Assembly (NCBI GenBank): GCA_041752695.1
Contig: JBGSVZ010000005.1
Coordinates: 32,001-96,000 of the forward strand
Source: Terrimicrobiaceae bacterium
GTDB taxonomy: Bacteria; Verrucomicrobiota; Verrucomicrobiia; Chthoniobacterales; Terrimicrobiaceae
DNA length: 64,000 nt
Reading direction: 5' to 3'
Each line of letters begins with the position of its first letter. The first letter of the stretch is position 1. The notes under the pieces were generated by a model. It worked only from the letters and a program-made list of their open reading frames with translations, was not told where the DNA came from and searched no databases. Shown piece after piece: positions 8,111 to 18,413 of this stretch. The position numbers and the translations under genes were made by a program.

Positions 8111-9676
8111 ATGGAAATTGCGAATACAGCCCCGGAGAGGGACGGGATGATGAAGCGCCTGCTGGACGTCGTTGAGAAGGTGGGGAACAAGGTTCCGCAT
8201 CCGGCGATGATTTTTCTGTCGCTCATGGTCCTGGTCAACGTTCTCTCGCACGTGATGCATCTTTTGCATGCCTCGGTGACCCAGCAGGTGATTGACCCGG
8301 TGACGGATCAGATTCAAACCACCACGGTGGCGGCCCGTAGTCTTCTGACGACCGAGGGTATCCGTTTTATGTATGCCTCCGTGATTCCTAACTTTATGGG
8401 TTTCACCGCCGTGGGTCTGATCATTGTCGCGATGGTTGGGGTGGGGGTGGCGGAGGCGTCGGGCCTAATCAAAGCGCTGATTCGCAAGTTGGTCGCCGTG
8501 TCCCCAGGTTGGGCCATTGCGTATATTTTGGTTTTTGTGGGGATTGTCTCGAGCATTGCCGCGGATGCGGGATATCTCGTTTTGATTCCGCTGGCGGGAT
8601 CCGCTTTCCTTAGCGTGGGCCGTCACCCGCTGGCGGGACTTGCCGCGGGATTCGCCGCTGTCGCCGGGGCCTTCACGGTGAACATGCTCATCAAGCCCCT
8701 GGATGCGGTTCTCACCGAGTTTACCAACGACGCCATCCATCTGGTTAATCCCGCCCTGTCGATTGACCTGACAGCCAATCTTTGGTTTTCGCTCGCGTCG
8801 GTCGTTGTGCTGACCGTGGTCATCACCTTTGTCACGCAGCGGGTGATTGAGCCTCGACTGGGCAAATATGTTCCGGAGGACGCGGGCGACCTGTCGGGAA
8901 CCCCTGATTCCGCCGAGGCTGGGGTGATGGGGGATGAATCCCGGGGGCTGAAGTTTGCCGGGATCGGGTTGGTCGCCGTCCTTGTCCTGCTCGGGTTTCT
9001 GACCATCGGATCGGGAGCCCCTCTGCGCAACCCGGAGACGGGCGCTTTGATTGGCAACTCACCGTTTATGAATGGTCTGATCGCAGTGATCATGCTGGTC
9101 TTCCTGGTCACGGGTGCGGCTTACGGCTTTGGCGCCCGGACGATGAAAAACAGCACCGATATCATCAAGGCTATGGAGAAAGCCCTGGCCGGTCTCGGCA
9201 GCTTGATCCTCCTGCTGTTTATCCTCAGTCAGTTCATTGCGTATTTTAATTACAGCAACATCGGAACCATCCTGGCCGTGTCGATGGCTGACGTGCTCAA
9301 ATCTGCCAGTATCCCGCCGCTGCTGCTCCTGTTGGGTTTTATTCTGGTCGTGAGCCTGATCGATTTCCTCATCTCCGGCGCGATTGCGAAGTGGGCGCTT
9401 TTTGCTCCCATTTTTGTGCCGCTGCTGGTGCAATTGGGCGTGGCACCCGAGTCCGTGTTGGCGGCCTACCGGGTCGCGGATTCCCCGATCAATGTGATCA
9501 CGCCCCTCAACGCCTACTTTGCTCTGGTGGTCGTATTTGCGCAAAAATACGACACCAAGGCCGGGGTGGGAACTCTTGTGGCCCTGATGATTCCTTATGT
9601 CATCGCTCTCTATGTGGTCTGGACGCTCCTCTTTGTGGTGTGGTTCCTGTTGGGAATTCCGTGGGGACTGAACTAA
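8111..9676 (+). CDS. AbgT family transporter
   Basis: VEKVGNKVPHP, GRHPLAGL, AYRVADSPIN and GVGTLVALM signatures. Confidence 0.9.
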   Translation: MEIANTAPERDGMMKRLLDVVEKVGNKVPHPAMIFLSLMVLVNVLSHVMHLLHASVTQQVIDPVTDQIQTTTVAARSLLTTEGIRFMYASVIPNFMGFTAVGLIIVAMVGVGVAEASGLIKALIRKLVAVSPGWAIAYILVFVGIVSSIAADAGYLVLIPLAGSAFLSVGRHPLAGLAAGFAAVAGAFTVNMLIKPLDAVLTEFTNDAIHLVNPALSIDLTANLWFSLASVVVLTVVITFVTQRVIEPRLGKYVPEDAGDLSGTPDSAEAGVMGDESRGLKFAGIGLVAVLVLLGFLTIGSGAPLRNPETGALIGNSPFMNGLIAVIMLVFLVTGAAYGFGARTMKNSTDIIKAMEKALAGLGSLILLLFILSQFIAYFNYSNIGTILAVSMADVLKSASIPPLLLLLGFILVVSLIDFLISGAIAKWALFAPIFVPLLVQLGVAPESVLAAYRVADSPINVITPLNAYFALVVVFAQKYDTKAGVGTLVALMIPYVIALYVVWTLLFVVWFLLGIPWGLN

Positions 9677-9713
9677 GGGGTTTGGGTCGAAGTTGGGACC
9701 CGCCCATCGCCCC

Positions 9714-11033
9714 ATGAGTGACGAGCTTTCTCCGGCCGAGTCGCCGTCCGTGCCGCACAAAACGGTCGTAGTTCTTGAGTTTCTCTTTCGGTTGGGACAA
9801 GCCTACCTGGCCTGCGGCGAACAGACGGCGAGGGTCGAGGACCATTTGCGGAAAATTGCGTCCGCCTACGGAATGCGCCGGTCCCGGGTCGTGGCGTTCC
9901 CCACCGCTGTTTTTATCTCCCTCCATGACGGCAATGGCGAGCGTGTGACCCTGGCCGAAGGCAAACCGCAGACCCTTCGCCTGGACCAGATGGCCGACGT
10001 TTATGCCTTGGGGGAGGAGGCTCAGGCGGCCACGGTCGTCCCTCTGGAGGGCTTGAAGCGCCTTACCGTGATTCGCCGACAGAAGCCCCGGTTCGGGCCC
10101 GTGGGAATCGTTGGCGGGCACATGATTCTTACGATGGGCCTGGCACTCATTTTGATGCCAGATCCGGCCAACCTTGCCGCCGCTGCGGTGTTGGGGCTGA
10201 TGGTGGGATTGTTGAAGTTGCTCAACCGGGGGCGTTCCGTCTTGTCGGTGCCCCTACCCGTGATTGCGGCGACTCTGGTTTCGTTGCTGGTCTTTCTCGC
10301 GATTCGCCGCGGGTTTCCCGTAGATCCGCTGCACGCCCTGGTGCCGCCGCTGGTGACGTTTCTGCCGGGAGGCATGCTCACTCTTGGGATGCTGGAGCTG
10401 GCCTATGGCGATATGGTCAGCGGAGCCAGTCGTCTGATCGCTGGCTTTGTTCAACTCGTCCTGCTGGCTTTTGGCCTGGCGATCGGGGCGACGCTCACGG
10501 GGTATGTGACGGCTGACCTTGTTCATTCGGGTGGGAATTATACCACGGTGCTTTGGGCCCCCTGGGTAGGCGTCCTCATTTTTGGTCTGGGCGTCTATCT
10601 TCATTTTTCCGCCCCCCGAAAATCGCTGCACTGGATGTTGTTGGTTCTCCTGCTGGCCTTTGCGGCGCAGCGTGTGGCGTCCGAATTTTTCAGTACCGAG
10701 TTGAGTGGCTTTTTCGGCACCCTGGTGGCGACGCCACTGGGTTATCTGATTCAATATCGCTTTCGCGGGCCGCCGGCCGCTGTGACGTTTCTGCCCAGCT
10801 TCTGGCTACTTGTGCCCGGTGCGTTGGGTCTCTTAAGCGTGACCCGGATTCTGAGTGATCGCGCCGGCGGTATTGATGGTCTGGTGACGGTGATCTCCGT
10901 CATCACCTCCATCGCCCTGGGCACGCTCGTCGGGGCATCACTCTATCGGTGGGTGGACGAAAATGTGGCGGCGTCGCGGGCGCGGGTCCGGGGGGTCGTT
11001 TCGTTTTTTCACCGCCTCCGCAATAGTCGTTGA
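9714..11033 (+). CDS. Threonine/serine exporter family (ThrE) protein
   Basis: Soluble N-terminal region with LGQAYLACGEQTARVE and FPTAVFIS, then about 10 TM segments with FLPGG and LVPGA motifs. Confidence 0.8.
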   Translation: MSDELSPAESPSVPHKTVVVLEFLFRLGQAYLACGEQTARVEDHLRKIASAYGMRRSRVVAFPTAVFISLHDGNGERVTLAEGKPQTLRLDQMADVYALGEEAQAATVVPLEGLKRLTVIRRQKPRFGPVGIVGGHMILTMGLALILMPDPANLAAAAVLGLMVGLLKLLNRGRSVLSVPLPVIAATLVSLLVFLAIRRGFPVDPLHALVPPLVTFLPGGMLTLGMLELAYGDMVSGASRLIAGFVQLVLLAFGLAIGATLTGYVTADLVHSGGNYTTVLWAPWVGVLIFGLGVYLHFSAPRKSLHWMLLVLLLAFAAQRVASEFFSTELSGFFGTLVATPLGYLIQYRFRGPPAAVTFLPSFWLLVPGALGLLSVTRILSDRAGGIDGLVTVISVITSIALGTLVGASLYRWVDENVAASRARVRGVVSFFHRLRNSR

Positions 11034-11077
11034 GCTCCCCTTCGTCCTGGTATGCCCAGAGAGGGTTTGACCTGAGC

Positions 11078-12457
11078 CTAAGTGGAAACTTCCGCCAATT
11101 CCGGCCAGAGTTGAGCGCCCATCCGCATTCCGGCCATATACGCATCGAGCGAAAAATTTTCGTCCGGGGAATGGGCGTTGTCGTCCGGCAGCGCCAGGCC
11201 GAGCATGAAGGAATCGGCTTTGAGGTGTTCCTTGAAAGCGGCAATGATGGGAATACTGCCGCCGCCCCGGACGAGCACACATTCGTGGCCAAATCCTGCC
11301 TTGGCGGCTCTCATGCAGGCTTGAGCGAGCGGCCCCGTGGGATCCACGATGTAGGGGCCTCCTCCCTGACCTTCGGTGATGGTCAGCTTGACGGTCGGTG
11401 GACAGATGGCCTTGAGGTGTTTTCTCACCAGTGCGAGAATTTTTTTCGGATCCTGATTCGGAACGAGGCGCATCGTCACCTTGGCGCTGGCCCAGGAGGG
11501 AACGATCGTCTTCCCGCCCTCGCCCTGATAGCCGCTGGTGAGTCCGTTGATTTCGAACGTGGGCCGCGCCGCGCGTTGTTCGTCCGGGGTGTAGCCCGCC
11601 TCCCCGAAGAGAGCGCCGACGCCGACGGACTTGCGAAATTTGGTTTCGTTGAACGGCACTTTTGCCATTTGCTTGCGCTCGTAAGCGGAGAGTTTCACCA
11701 CATCGTCGTAGAACCCGGGTATGGCGAACACCCCGCGTTTGTTCCGCAGGGAGCCCAGCATCTGGCAGAGAACCATCGCGGGGTTGTCCACCGCACCGCC
11801 GAAGAGTCCCGAGTGCAGGTCCCGGTCCGGGCCGTCGAGACGGATCTCCAAGGGAGCCATGCCGCGCAGGGAATAACAAAGCGCAGGGTGTTTCATGCTG
11901 GGAATCTCGGTGTCCGAGACAATCAAGGCCGTGCAGGCGAGTTCCTTCGCAACTTTGGGCAGAAAGCCATAGAGGGCCTTTGAGCCCACTTCTTCCTCGC
12001 CCTCGATGAGGAAGTTCACATTGCAGGGCAACTCGTTTCCCGTCTTGAGCCAGGCTTCGACGGCATTAATGTGCGCGAGGTGCTGGCCTTTGTTGTCGCT
12101 GATGCCGCGGGCGTAAACATTGCGACCGACCCGGCGGGGCTCGAAGGGGGGGGAGGTCCAAAGTTCCAGCGGGTCCGGTGGCTGCACATCGTAGTGGCCG
12201 TAAACTAGAAAAGTGGGTTTTTTTGGGTTTTGTTGCGGCGTTTTAGCAATGACCACGGGATAGCCGGACGTTTTGCGAATCTCGGCCGTGAGGCCCGCTT
12301 GGCGGCAGCGGGCGACGAGCCATTCCGCACATTTCTGCATGTCCCCGGCATGGTCCGATTGGGCACTGATGCTGGGAATGCGGGTGTAGGCGAAAAGTTC
12401 TTCAATGAAGCGCTCTTCGTGAGTGGCGAGGTATTCAAGAACCGCGGCAGGGGTCAT
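11078..12457 (-). CDS. M20 family dipeptidase (ArgE/DapE/CNDP-like)
   Basis: YGHYDVQP, RGISDNKG, EGEEEVGS, DLHSG, HSPDE. Confidence 0.9.
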   Translation of the reverse strand: MTPAAVLEYLATHEERFIEELFAYTRIPSISAQSDHAGDMQKCAEWLVARCRQAGLTAEIRKTSGYPVVIAKTPQQNPKKPTFLVYGHYDVQPPDPLELWTSPPFEPRRVGRNVYARGISDNKGQHLAHINAVEAWLKTGNELPCNVNFLIEGEEEVGSKALYGFLPKVAKELACTALIVSDTEIPSMKHPALCYSLRGMAPLEIRLDGPDRDLHSGLFGGAVDNPAMVLCQMLGSLRNKRGVFAIPGFYDDVVKLSAYERKQMAKVPFNETKFRKSVGVGALFGEAGYTPDEQRAARPTFEINGLTSGYQGEGGKTIVPSWASAKVTMRLVPNQDPKKILALVRKHLKAICPPTVKLTITEGQGGGPYIVDPTGPLAQACMRAAKAGFGHECVLVRGGGSIPIIAAFKEHLKADSFMLGLALPDDNAHSPDENFSLDAYMAGMRMGAQLWPELAEVST

Positions 12458-12609
12458 GAAACACGTTTCATACGGTGGGTTGGAGACCCCGGCAACTGAA
12501 TTGTGTTGCCTCCCTGATCCGAGGCGTTGCCGGGCTTGTTTTTGTCTTTACATCGGGTCCATCCGTTCGCTTTTTGAGCGGGAGCGTTGGTGTCGAAAGT
12601 GACCATTTT

Positions 12610-13920
12610 ATGATAAACAAAATCTCCCGTGTCAGTAACCGCCCCCAGCTGGCCCGCCAGCTTTGCGTTCCAGTCAGTTTAGCTTTTCTGGTCCTGGTCG
12701 GAGGGTGCAAGCCACCGGCGGCCACGGATCTCAATGTGGTCCGACCCGTGAAGACCATGGTCGTGGTCGCGGGAGGAGATGCGAAGGTTCGCAGCTTCCC
12801 GGGCAAAGTGGAGGCGGCCAAGCAAGTGGAACTGACCTTTCAAGTGCCCGGTCTGCTGGTGAGCCTTCCGGTTCGTGAGGGACAGCGGGTCACACAAAAT
12901 GAAGTGATTGCCCAGTTGCGGCAGGAAGATTTTCAAGCGCGGTTGGCAACGTTGCAGGGCCAACTCGACCGGGCCCGGGCCGACCTCCAGGCGTCCCTTG
13001 CGGGCGTCCGACCTGAGGAAAGGCAGCGCCTCGAATCGCAGGTTCGCTCCGCCGAGGCCTCTCTCGTCAATGCCCGGGCGGAGTTTGGCCGGGCCACACA
13101 GTTGTTGCGTTCGCGGACCATTTCGCGCGTGGAGTTTGACCGCGCGGAAACGACGTATCGGGTGGCGCAGGAAAACGCGGAAGCGGCCCGCCAGACCCTC
13201 GACCAAAGCGCGATTGGGCGGGACGAAGAGATTCAAGCGAGGGCGGCTGAAGTGCGCGGCCTGGAAGGGCGCGTGGTGGAGGCCAATCTTCAATTGAGCG
13301 ACTCGACGCTGCGGGCGCCTTACGACGGAGTGATCGCTCAGCGCTTTGTCGAGCAGGGACAAAATATTCGCGCGAAACAGCCGGTGGTGAAGTTTCAAGA
13401 TGTGGACGAGATCGAGATCGTGGTGGACGTGCCGGAGTCCGTCATGGTGGCGGATCTGGGTTCCTCGGATATTCAAAAATTAACGGCGGAATTCAGTGCC
13501 GCACCCGGCCGAGTTTTCCCGGTCTATCTGAAGGAAATTGCGCAGCGGGCGGATCCGGTCACCCAGACCTTTGCTGTTCGGGTGGCGATGAAAGTTCCGG
13601 AGGGACTGAATCTTCTGCCGGGTATGACGGCCAGCGTGACACTTACTTATGGGCGGGCTGCGATCCTGGGCGCGGGGATTTCCGTGCCGCTTTCGGCGGT
13701 TTTGGAAGAAAGTCCGGGTCAGCAGGTGGTTTGGGTCATTGGAGAGGGTGACGTGGTGGGTCGCCGTCCTGTCAAATTGGGCGAGGCCTCGGGGAGCCGG
13801 ATTTCCATCGTGGATGGTTTGCAGCCCGGTGACCGCATCGCCATTGCGGGTGTGACCTTTCTCCGTGAGGGCATGAAGGTTCGTGATCTCGGGGACGCGC
13901 TCGGGGGCGGTCAGCCATGA
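12610..13920 (+). CDS. RND efflux periplasmic adaptor (membrane fusion protein)
   Basis: Lipobox-like LVGGC, coiled-coil hairpin, LRAPYDGVI, LLPGMTA, GLQPGDRI. Start moved to ATG 12610. Confidence 0.88.
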   Translation: MINKISRVSNRPQLARQLCVPVSLAFLVLVGGCKPPAATDLNVVRPVKTMVVVAGGDAKVRSFPGKVEAAKQVELTFQVPGLLVSLPVREGQRVTQNEVIAQLRQEDFQARLATLQGQLDRARADLQASLAGVRPEERQRLESQVRSAEASLVNARAEFGRATQLLRSRTISRVEFDRAETTYRVAQENAEAARQTLDQSAIGRDEEIQARAAEVRGLEGRVVEANLQLSDSTLRAPYDGVIAQRFVEQGQNIRAKQPVVKFQDVDEIEIVVDVPESVMVADLGSSDIQKLTAEFSAAPGRVFPVYLKEIAQRADPVTQTFAVRVAMKVPEGLNLLPGMTASVTLTYGRAAILGAGISVPLSAVLEESPGQQVVWVIGEGDVVGRRPVKLGEASGSRISIVDGLQPGDRIAIAGVTFLREGMKVRDLGDALGGGQP

Positions 13921-16900
13921 ACCCGGGCGAATTCTCAGTCAAGCACAACCGGGTGGTCCTGGTGGCCATGGTCATGGCCATGGTGGGCGGCATCATTGCG
14001 TATCTGAATATTGGCCGGCTGGAGGATCCGGAGTTTACGATCAAACAGGCCTTGGTGATTACGCCATATGCCGGAGCCAGTGCAGAGGAGGTGGCTCAGG
14101 AGGTGACGAATCCAATCGAGATCGCCTGCCAGCAATTGGGACAGCTCGACCGGGTTGAGTCGGAATCTTCCCGCGGCAGGTCGGTGGTGTCGGTGACGAT
14201 AAAAGATCAATACGACAAACACCGGATGCCTCAGGTCTGGGATGAACTTCGGCGCAAGGTTGCGGACGTGCAGGCGCAGTTGCCTCCCGCCGTGCGCGGC
14301 CAATCGATCGTGGTGGATGATTTCGGGGACGTATACGGGATTTTCCTCGCGGTCACGGGCGAGGGTTTCTCATTTGCGGAGCAGCGACGTTATGTGGAGT
14401 TTCTGCGGCGTGAACTTTTGCAAGTGCCCGGGGTCAAAAGTGTGGTGCTCTTCGGGGAGCAACGGGAGGTTGTTTTTCTAGAAATTTCCCGGCAGCGACT
14501 GGCGCAGTTCGGTCTGAATGAGGAGACGATTTACAGTCAGCTCCAGGAAAGAAACATTGCGGCGGACGGCGGACGTATTCAGGTGGGTGACCAGCATATT
14601 CCGCTGGATCCGACCGGGGCCTTTGCGTCCGCCGAAGAGATGCTGGAGTTGGTAATTGGCTCGGATCAGAGCGGACGCCAGTTGCGGCTTGGGGATATCG
14701 CGACGATTGAGCGGGGGGATCAGGATCCTCCGCGACGGCTGCTTCGCTACGATGGCAATCTGGCCATTGGACTCGGCATCTCCAGCGTGCCAGGGGGTAA
14801 TGTGGTCAAAATGGGGCAGGCGGTGAGGGAAAAGCTCGCTGAGCTGAAGAGCAATCAGCCGGTCGGCATGGAAATTGGGGAGATCAATTTCCAGCCCGAG
14901 GCGGTCTCATCTGCGGTCAACGAGTTCATGTTCAACTTGGGCAAGGCCGTCACCATTGTTTTTGTGGTGCTGATCTTTGCCATGGGTCGCAAGACCGGCT
15001 TCATCATTGGTGTGGTGCTCTTCCTCACCATCATGGCGACGTTTCTCGTCATGTACATGAAGGGGGACCTCCTGATGGAACGTATTTCGCTGGGCGCCCT
15101 GATCATTGCGCTCTGCATGCTGACGGATAACGCCATCATCGTGATTGAGGGAATCAAGGTGGGCATCGAATCCGGCCGGAACAAAATTGAAGTGGTCCGG
15201 GAGGTGGTGGCGGAAAACATGTGGCCGCTCTTCGGGGCCACGGCGATTGGCGTCATTGCCTTCGCCGCGATTGGCTTGTCGGAGGACGCCACCGGCGAAT
15301 ACACGAACTCGCTTTTTTGGGTGATCCTGATTGCGCTTAGTCTCAGCTGGGTGTCGTCTGTCACCGCCACTCACCTGTTGAGCTACATGATTTTCAATAC
15401 TGTGGCGGGCGGTGGGAAAGGCGGCGATCCCTACGCGGCCCTCCCTTTTCGAATTTACCGGAAGCTCTTGATTCTGGCGCTACGTTTCCGCTGGGCGGTC
15501 GTGATCGTTTGCGCGTTGGCTTTTGTGGCGGCGATTTTTGGCTTTCGCAAAGTGGACCAAAGTTTTTTTCCTCCGGCGACCCGGCCGCAGTTCATGGTCG
15601 ATGTCTTTTTGCCGGCCGGGACGCATATCCGGGAAACAGAAGCGGTGGCGGGCAAGATTCAGCAATTTATTCAAAGCCAGCCCGGGGTGACTCATACCAC
15701 CTCTTTCATCGGGGGTGGCGGTCTGCGGTTTTTGCTGGTCTATTCTCCCGAAAACGAAAACCGGGCCTATGTGCAGTTTTTGGTCGATGTGGATGACCCC
15801 AACAAGATCGCCGGGTTGATCGGAGTGATTCAGAAACAGCTCGACGACAACTATCCTAATGCCAATGCCATTGCGAAAAAGTTTCTCCTCGGCCCTGGCG
15901 ACGGCGGACGAATTCAGATCCGTTTCCGGGGTCCGGATTCGACCGTTCTGCGGGATCTGGGCGATCAGGCGATAAAGATTCTGGACGATGACGGCCAGGC
16001 CCTCTGCGTGCGCAGCGACTGGAGTGAACGGGTGCCGGCCATTCGTCCCGAATTGCTGGAGCTGCAGGCCCGCCGCAATGGCATTACGCGAGTCGATGTC
16101 GCCCGTGCGCTGGAGAGCAGCTTCGAAGGGCGCACCGTGGGCTTCTATCGGGAGCCAGGCTACGCCAGCGCGGGAATTTTCCCCCAGGAGACGCGCCTGC
16201 TTCCCATTGTGGTGCGGCCGCCGCTCGCCGAACGCGAGGACGTCGGCACGATCAACAGTCAGCAGATCTGGAGCCCGGTGGCTAATCGCATGATCCCTCT
16301 CAGCCAGGTCACGGGCCGTTCCGAGGTGGTCTGGGAGGATCCCTTGGTGGCGCGTCGGGATCGATTTCCGACTTTGACCGTTCATGCCGATCCGCGATCC
16401 GGTCTGCCGAGTCAGTTGCATGCTCGGGTGCGTGAGCAGATCGAAAAAATTGCTCTGCCGCCCGGCTACTCGATGGCGTGGGGTGGGGAATACGAGGATT
16501 CCTCCCAGGCGCGGGCCGCCCTGGTCGAGCCTCTGCCCTACGTCCTGGCCTTGATGGTTTTCATCGTGGTGTGTTTGTTTAACTCCATCCGCACCACGGT
16601 CTTGATTTGGCTGATCATTCCGCTTTTCATTATCGCTGTGACGGTCGGACTTCTGCTCACGCGCATGCCGTTCGGTTTCATGGCCACCCTGGGTGTTCTG
16701 GCCTTGGGCGGTGAATTGATCAAGAATCAGATTGTTGTTCTCAGCAAGGTGCTGACCCTGATCAGCAAGGGAACGCCGCCCTATCAGGCGCTGCTCGATG
16801 GGGGCACGGCGAAAATGCGCCCAGTGTGCATGGTCGTGCTGACGACGGTGCTGGGGATGATCCCCATGCTTACGGATCCCTTCTTCGGATCCATGGCGGT

Positions 16901-17021
16901 TTGCATTATGTTCGGTCTTTCCTTCGCCGCCGTTCTCTCCCTCATCGTCACGCCCGTCCTCTACGCGATGTTTTATGGAATTCAGGAACCGGCCGACGGG
17001 TTGCCGGAACCCACCAAATGA
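13917..17021 (+). CDS. RND efflux transporter permease (AcrB/D/F family)
   Basis: 1034 aa; GRLEDPEF, DNAIIVIE, RPVCMVVLTTVLG; ATGA overlap with the adaptor. Confidence 0.92.
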   Translation: MNPGEFSVKHNRVVLVAMVMAMVGGIIAYLNIGRLEDPEFTIKQALVITPYAGASAEEVAQEVTNPIEIACQQLGQLDRVESESSRGRSVVSVTIKDQYDKHRMPQVWDELRRKVADVQAQLPPAVRGQSIVVDDFGDVYGIFLAVTGEGFSFAEQRRYVEFLRRELLQVPGVKSVVLFGEQREVVFLEISRQRLAQFGLNEETIYSQLQERNIAADGGRIQVGDQHIPLDPTGAFASAEEMLELVIGSDQSGRQLRLGDIATIERGDQDPPRRLLRYDGNLAIGLGISSVPGGNVVKMGQAVREKLAELKSNQPVGMEIGEINFQPEAVSSAVNEFMFNLGKAVTIVFVVLIFAMGRKTGFIIGVVLFLTIMATFLVMYMKGDLLMERISLGALIIALCMLTDNAIIVIEGIKVGIESGRNKIEVVREVVAENMWPLFGATAIGVIAFAAIGLSEDATGEYTNSLFWVILIALSLSWVSSVTATHLLSYMIFNTVAGGGKGGDPYAALPFRIYRKLLILALRFRWAVVIVCALAFVAAIFGFRKVDQSFFPPATRPQFMVDVFLPAGTHIRETEAVAGKIQQFIQSQPGVTHTTSFIGGGGLRFLLVYSPENENRAYVQFLVDVDDPNKIAGLIGVIQKQLDDNYPNANAIAKKFLLGPGDGGRIQIRFRGPDSTVLRDLGDQAIKILDDDGQALCVRSDWSERVPAIRPELLELQARRNGITRVDVARALESSFEGRTVGFYREPGYASAGIFPQETRLLPIVVRPPLAEREDVGTINSQQIWSPVANRMIPLSQVTGRSEVVWEDPLVARRDRFPTLTVHADPRSGLPSQLHARVREQIEKIALPPGYSMAWGGEYEDSSQARAALVEPLPYVLALMVFIVVCLFNSIRTTVLIWLIIPLFIIAVTVGLLLTRMPFGFMATLGVLALGGELIKNQIVVLSKVLTLISKGTPPYQALLDGGTAKMRPVCMVVLTTVLGMIPMLTDPFFGSMAVCIMFGLSFAAVLSLIVTPVLYAMFYGIQEPADGLPEPTK

Positions 17022-18358
17022 AACCTAACTGGCCCATGGCGGACGTTTGGCGGAACTGGCTGCTGTCGGGTGGGGGTTCTTTGCTGGTGGTGGCTTCCGG
17101 TTGGGCGCAGGCGGCCGGGGAACCGGAAGTTTCTGTCGAGGAAGTGGAGGTGAGGAAGCCAACCATCCAGGTCATCGAATCCTCCAACTACGACGCGGAT
17201 TTCTCTCCGGGTGAGTCGACCACAAACACTCCGGCGGAGTTGGACGAGATCTACGCGCCGAACGAGGGGTATTTGGATTCCTTCGGAGCAAATCGTCCCC
17301 TCGACCTGTTGAAGATGCCGCTGGATTCCCTCTATGAAAAGACGGGCCTCCGGATCGGGGTGGCTAATACCATGCTTTTTATGCAGCCAATGGGGGGCCA
17401 GAGTTCCCGCTACGGAGCGGCAGGGGATCTGGATCTGATGTCCTCCTGGACGCTGATCGGACGGGGAACTCAGGACACGGGGCGGTTTGTTTTCACGGGG
17501 GAGTATCGGTATCAGGTTGGCAGCCAGCCCCCCTCCCGGATTGGCGGGCAGATGGGGACGTTGGTGGCACCGACCGGAACCTTTAATGATCGGGGTTGGG
17601 TGATTCGCGACGCCTATTGGGTGCAACGACTTTTCGAGGCCAGGGTGCGGATTATCATTGGTCGCGCGGATCCGTCGGACTACGTCGGCTCCCATTGGTT
17701 GCAGAATGTGAACAATTCGTTTGTGAATCGGAATTTTTCCGCGAACGCTTCCATTCCCTTCCCCGGCCACGGTCCGATGCTTGGCATTTCGATACGACCT
17801 ACCGATCAGTTTTATCTCACGGCCGGAGCGGCGAACGCCTACAGCACGACCATCCGGAACGAAGTGGATTCGCTTTTTGAAGAGTGGGACATTTTTAGCT
17901 TCGGGGAAATTGGCTATACGCCGACCTTCCAGGGATTGGGGGCCGGACGATATGCCTTCGGACTTTGGAACATGGACGCCCGGGGCAAGGATAATTTGCC
18001 GGCGGACTACGGGTTCACCTTCATCGCGGACCAGAACCTCACGGAGAACCTCCAGGTTTTTGCCCGCTATTCCTATTCCGACGGAACTCTGACAAATATC
18101 CGGCATAATGGTCAGATTGGCTTCGGGCTGGGCGGACTGCTCGGGCGGAAAGATGATTTGACCGGTGCAGCGTTTTCCTTGGCGGTCCCCCGGAGCGAAT
18201 TGACCCGCAATGAAGCGGTGCTGGAGGTCTTTCACCGCTTCCAGGTGACGCAAAATACTCAACTCTCGGTGGGTTTGCAGATGATCGCGAATCCTGGCAA
18301 CGCGCCTGACAATGAAACGGCGGGAGCCTTTTATGCCAGGCTGCGGACTTCGTTCTAA
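17018..18358 (+). CDS. Carbohydrate-selective porin (OprB-like) outer-membrane beta-barrel
   Basis: Signal peptide, amphipathic beta strands, EVFHRFQVT..LQMIANP, C-terminal Phe; ATGA overlap with the RND stop. Confidence 0.75.
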   Translation: MKPNWPMADVWRNWLLSGGGSLLVVASGWAQAAGEPEVSVEEVEVRKPTIQVIESSNYDADFSPGESTTNTPAELDEIYAPNEGYLDSFGANRPLDLLKMPLDSLYEKTGLRIGVANTMLFMQPMGGQSSRYGAAGDLDLMSSWTLIGRGTQDTGRFVFTGEYRYQVGSQPPSRIGGQMGTLVAPTGTFNDRGWVIRDAYWVQRLFEARVRIIIGRADPSDYVGSHWLQNVNNSFVNRNFSANASIPFPGHGPMLGISIRPTDQFYLTAGAANAYSTTIRNEVDSLFEEWDIFSFGEIGYTPTFQGLGAGRYAFGLWNMDARGKDNLPADYGFTFIADQNLTENLQVFARYSYSDGTLTNIRHNGQIGFGLGGLLGRKDDLTGAAFSLAVPRSELTRNEAVLEVFHRFQVTQNTQLSVGLQMIANPGNAPDNETAGAFYARLRTSF

Positions 18359-18413
18359 GATGCCGTGAAAAAAGGAGTGCCGCATCCCGGCGGACCCGAT
18401 ATATCCCTTTTCC

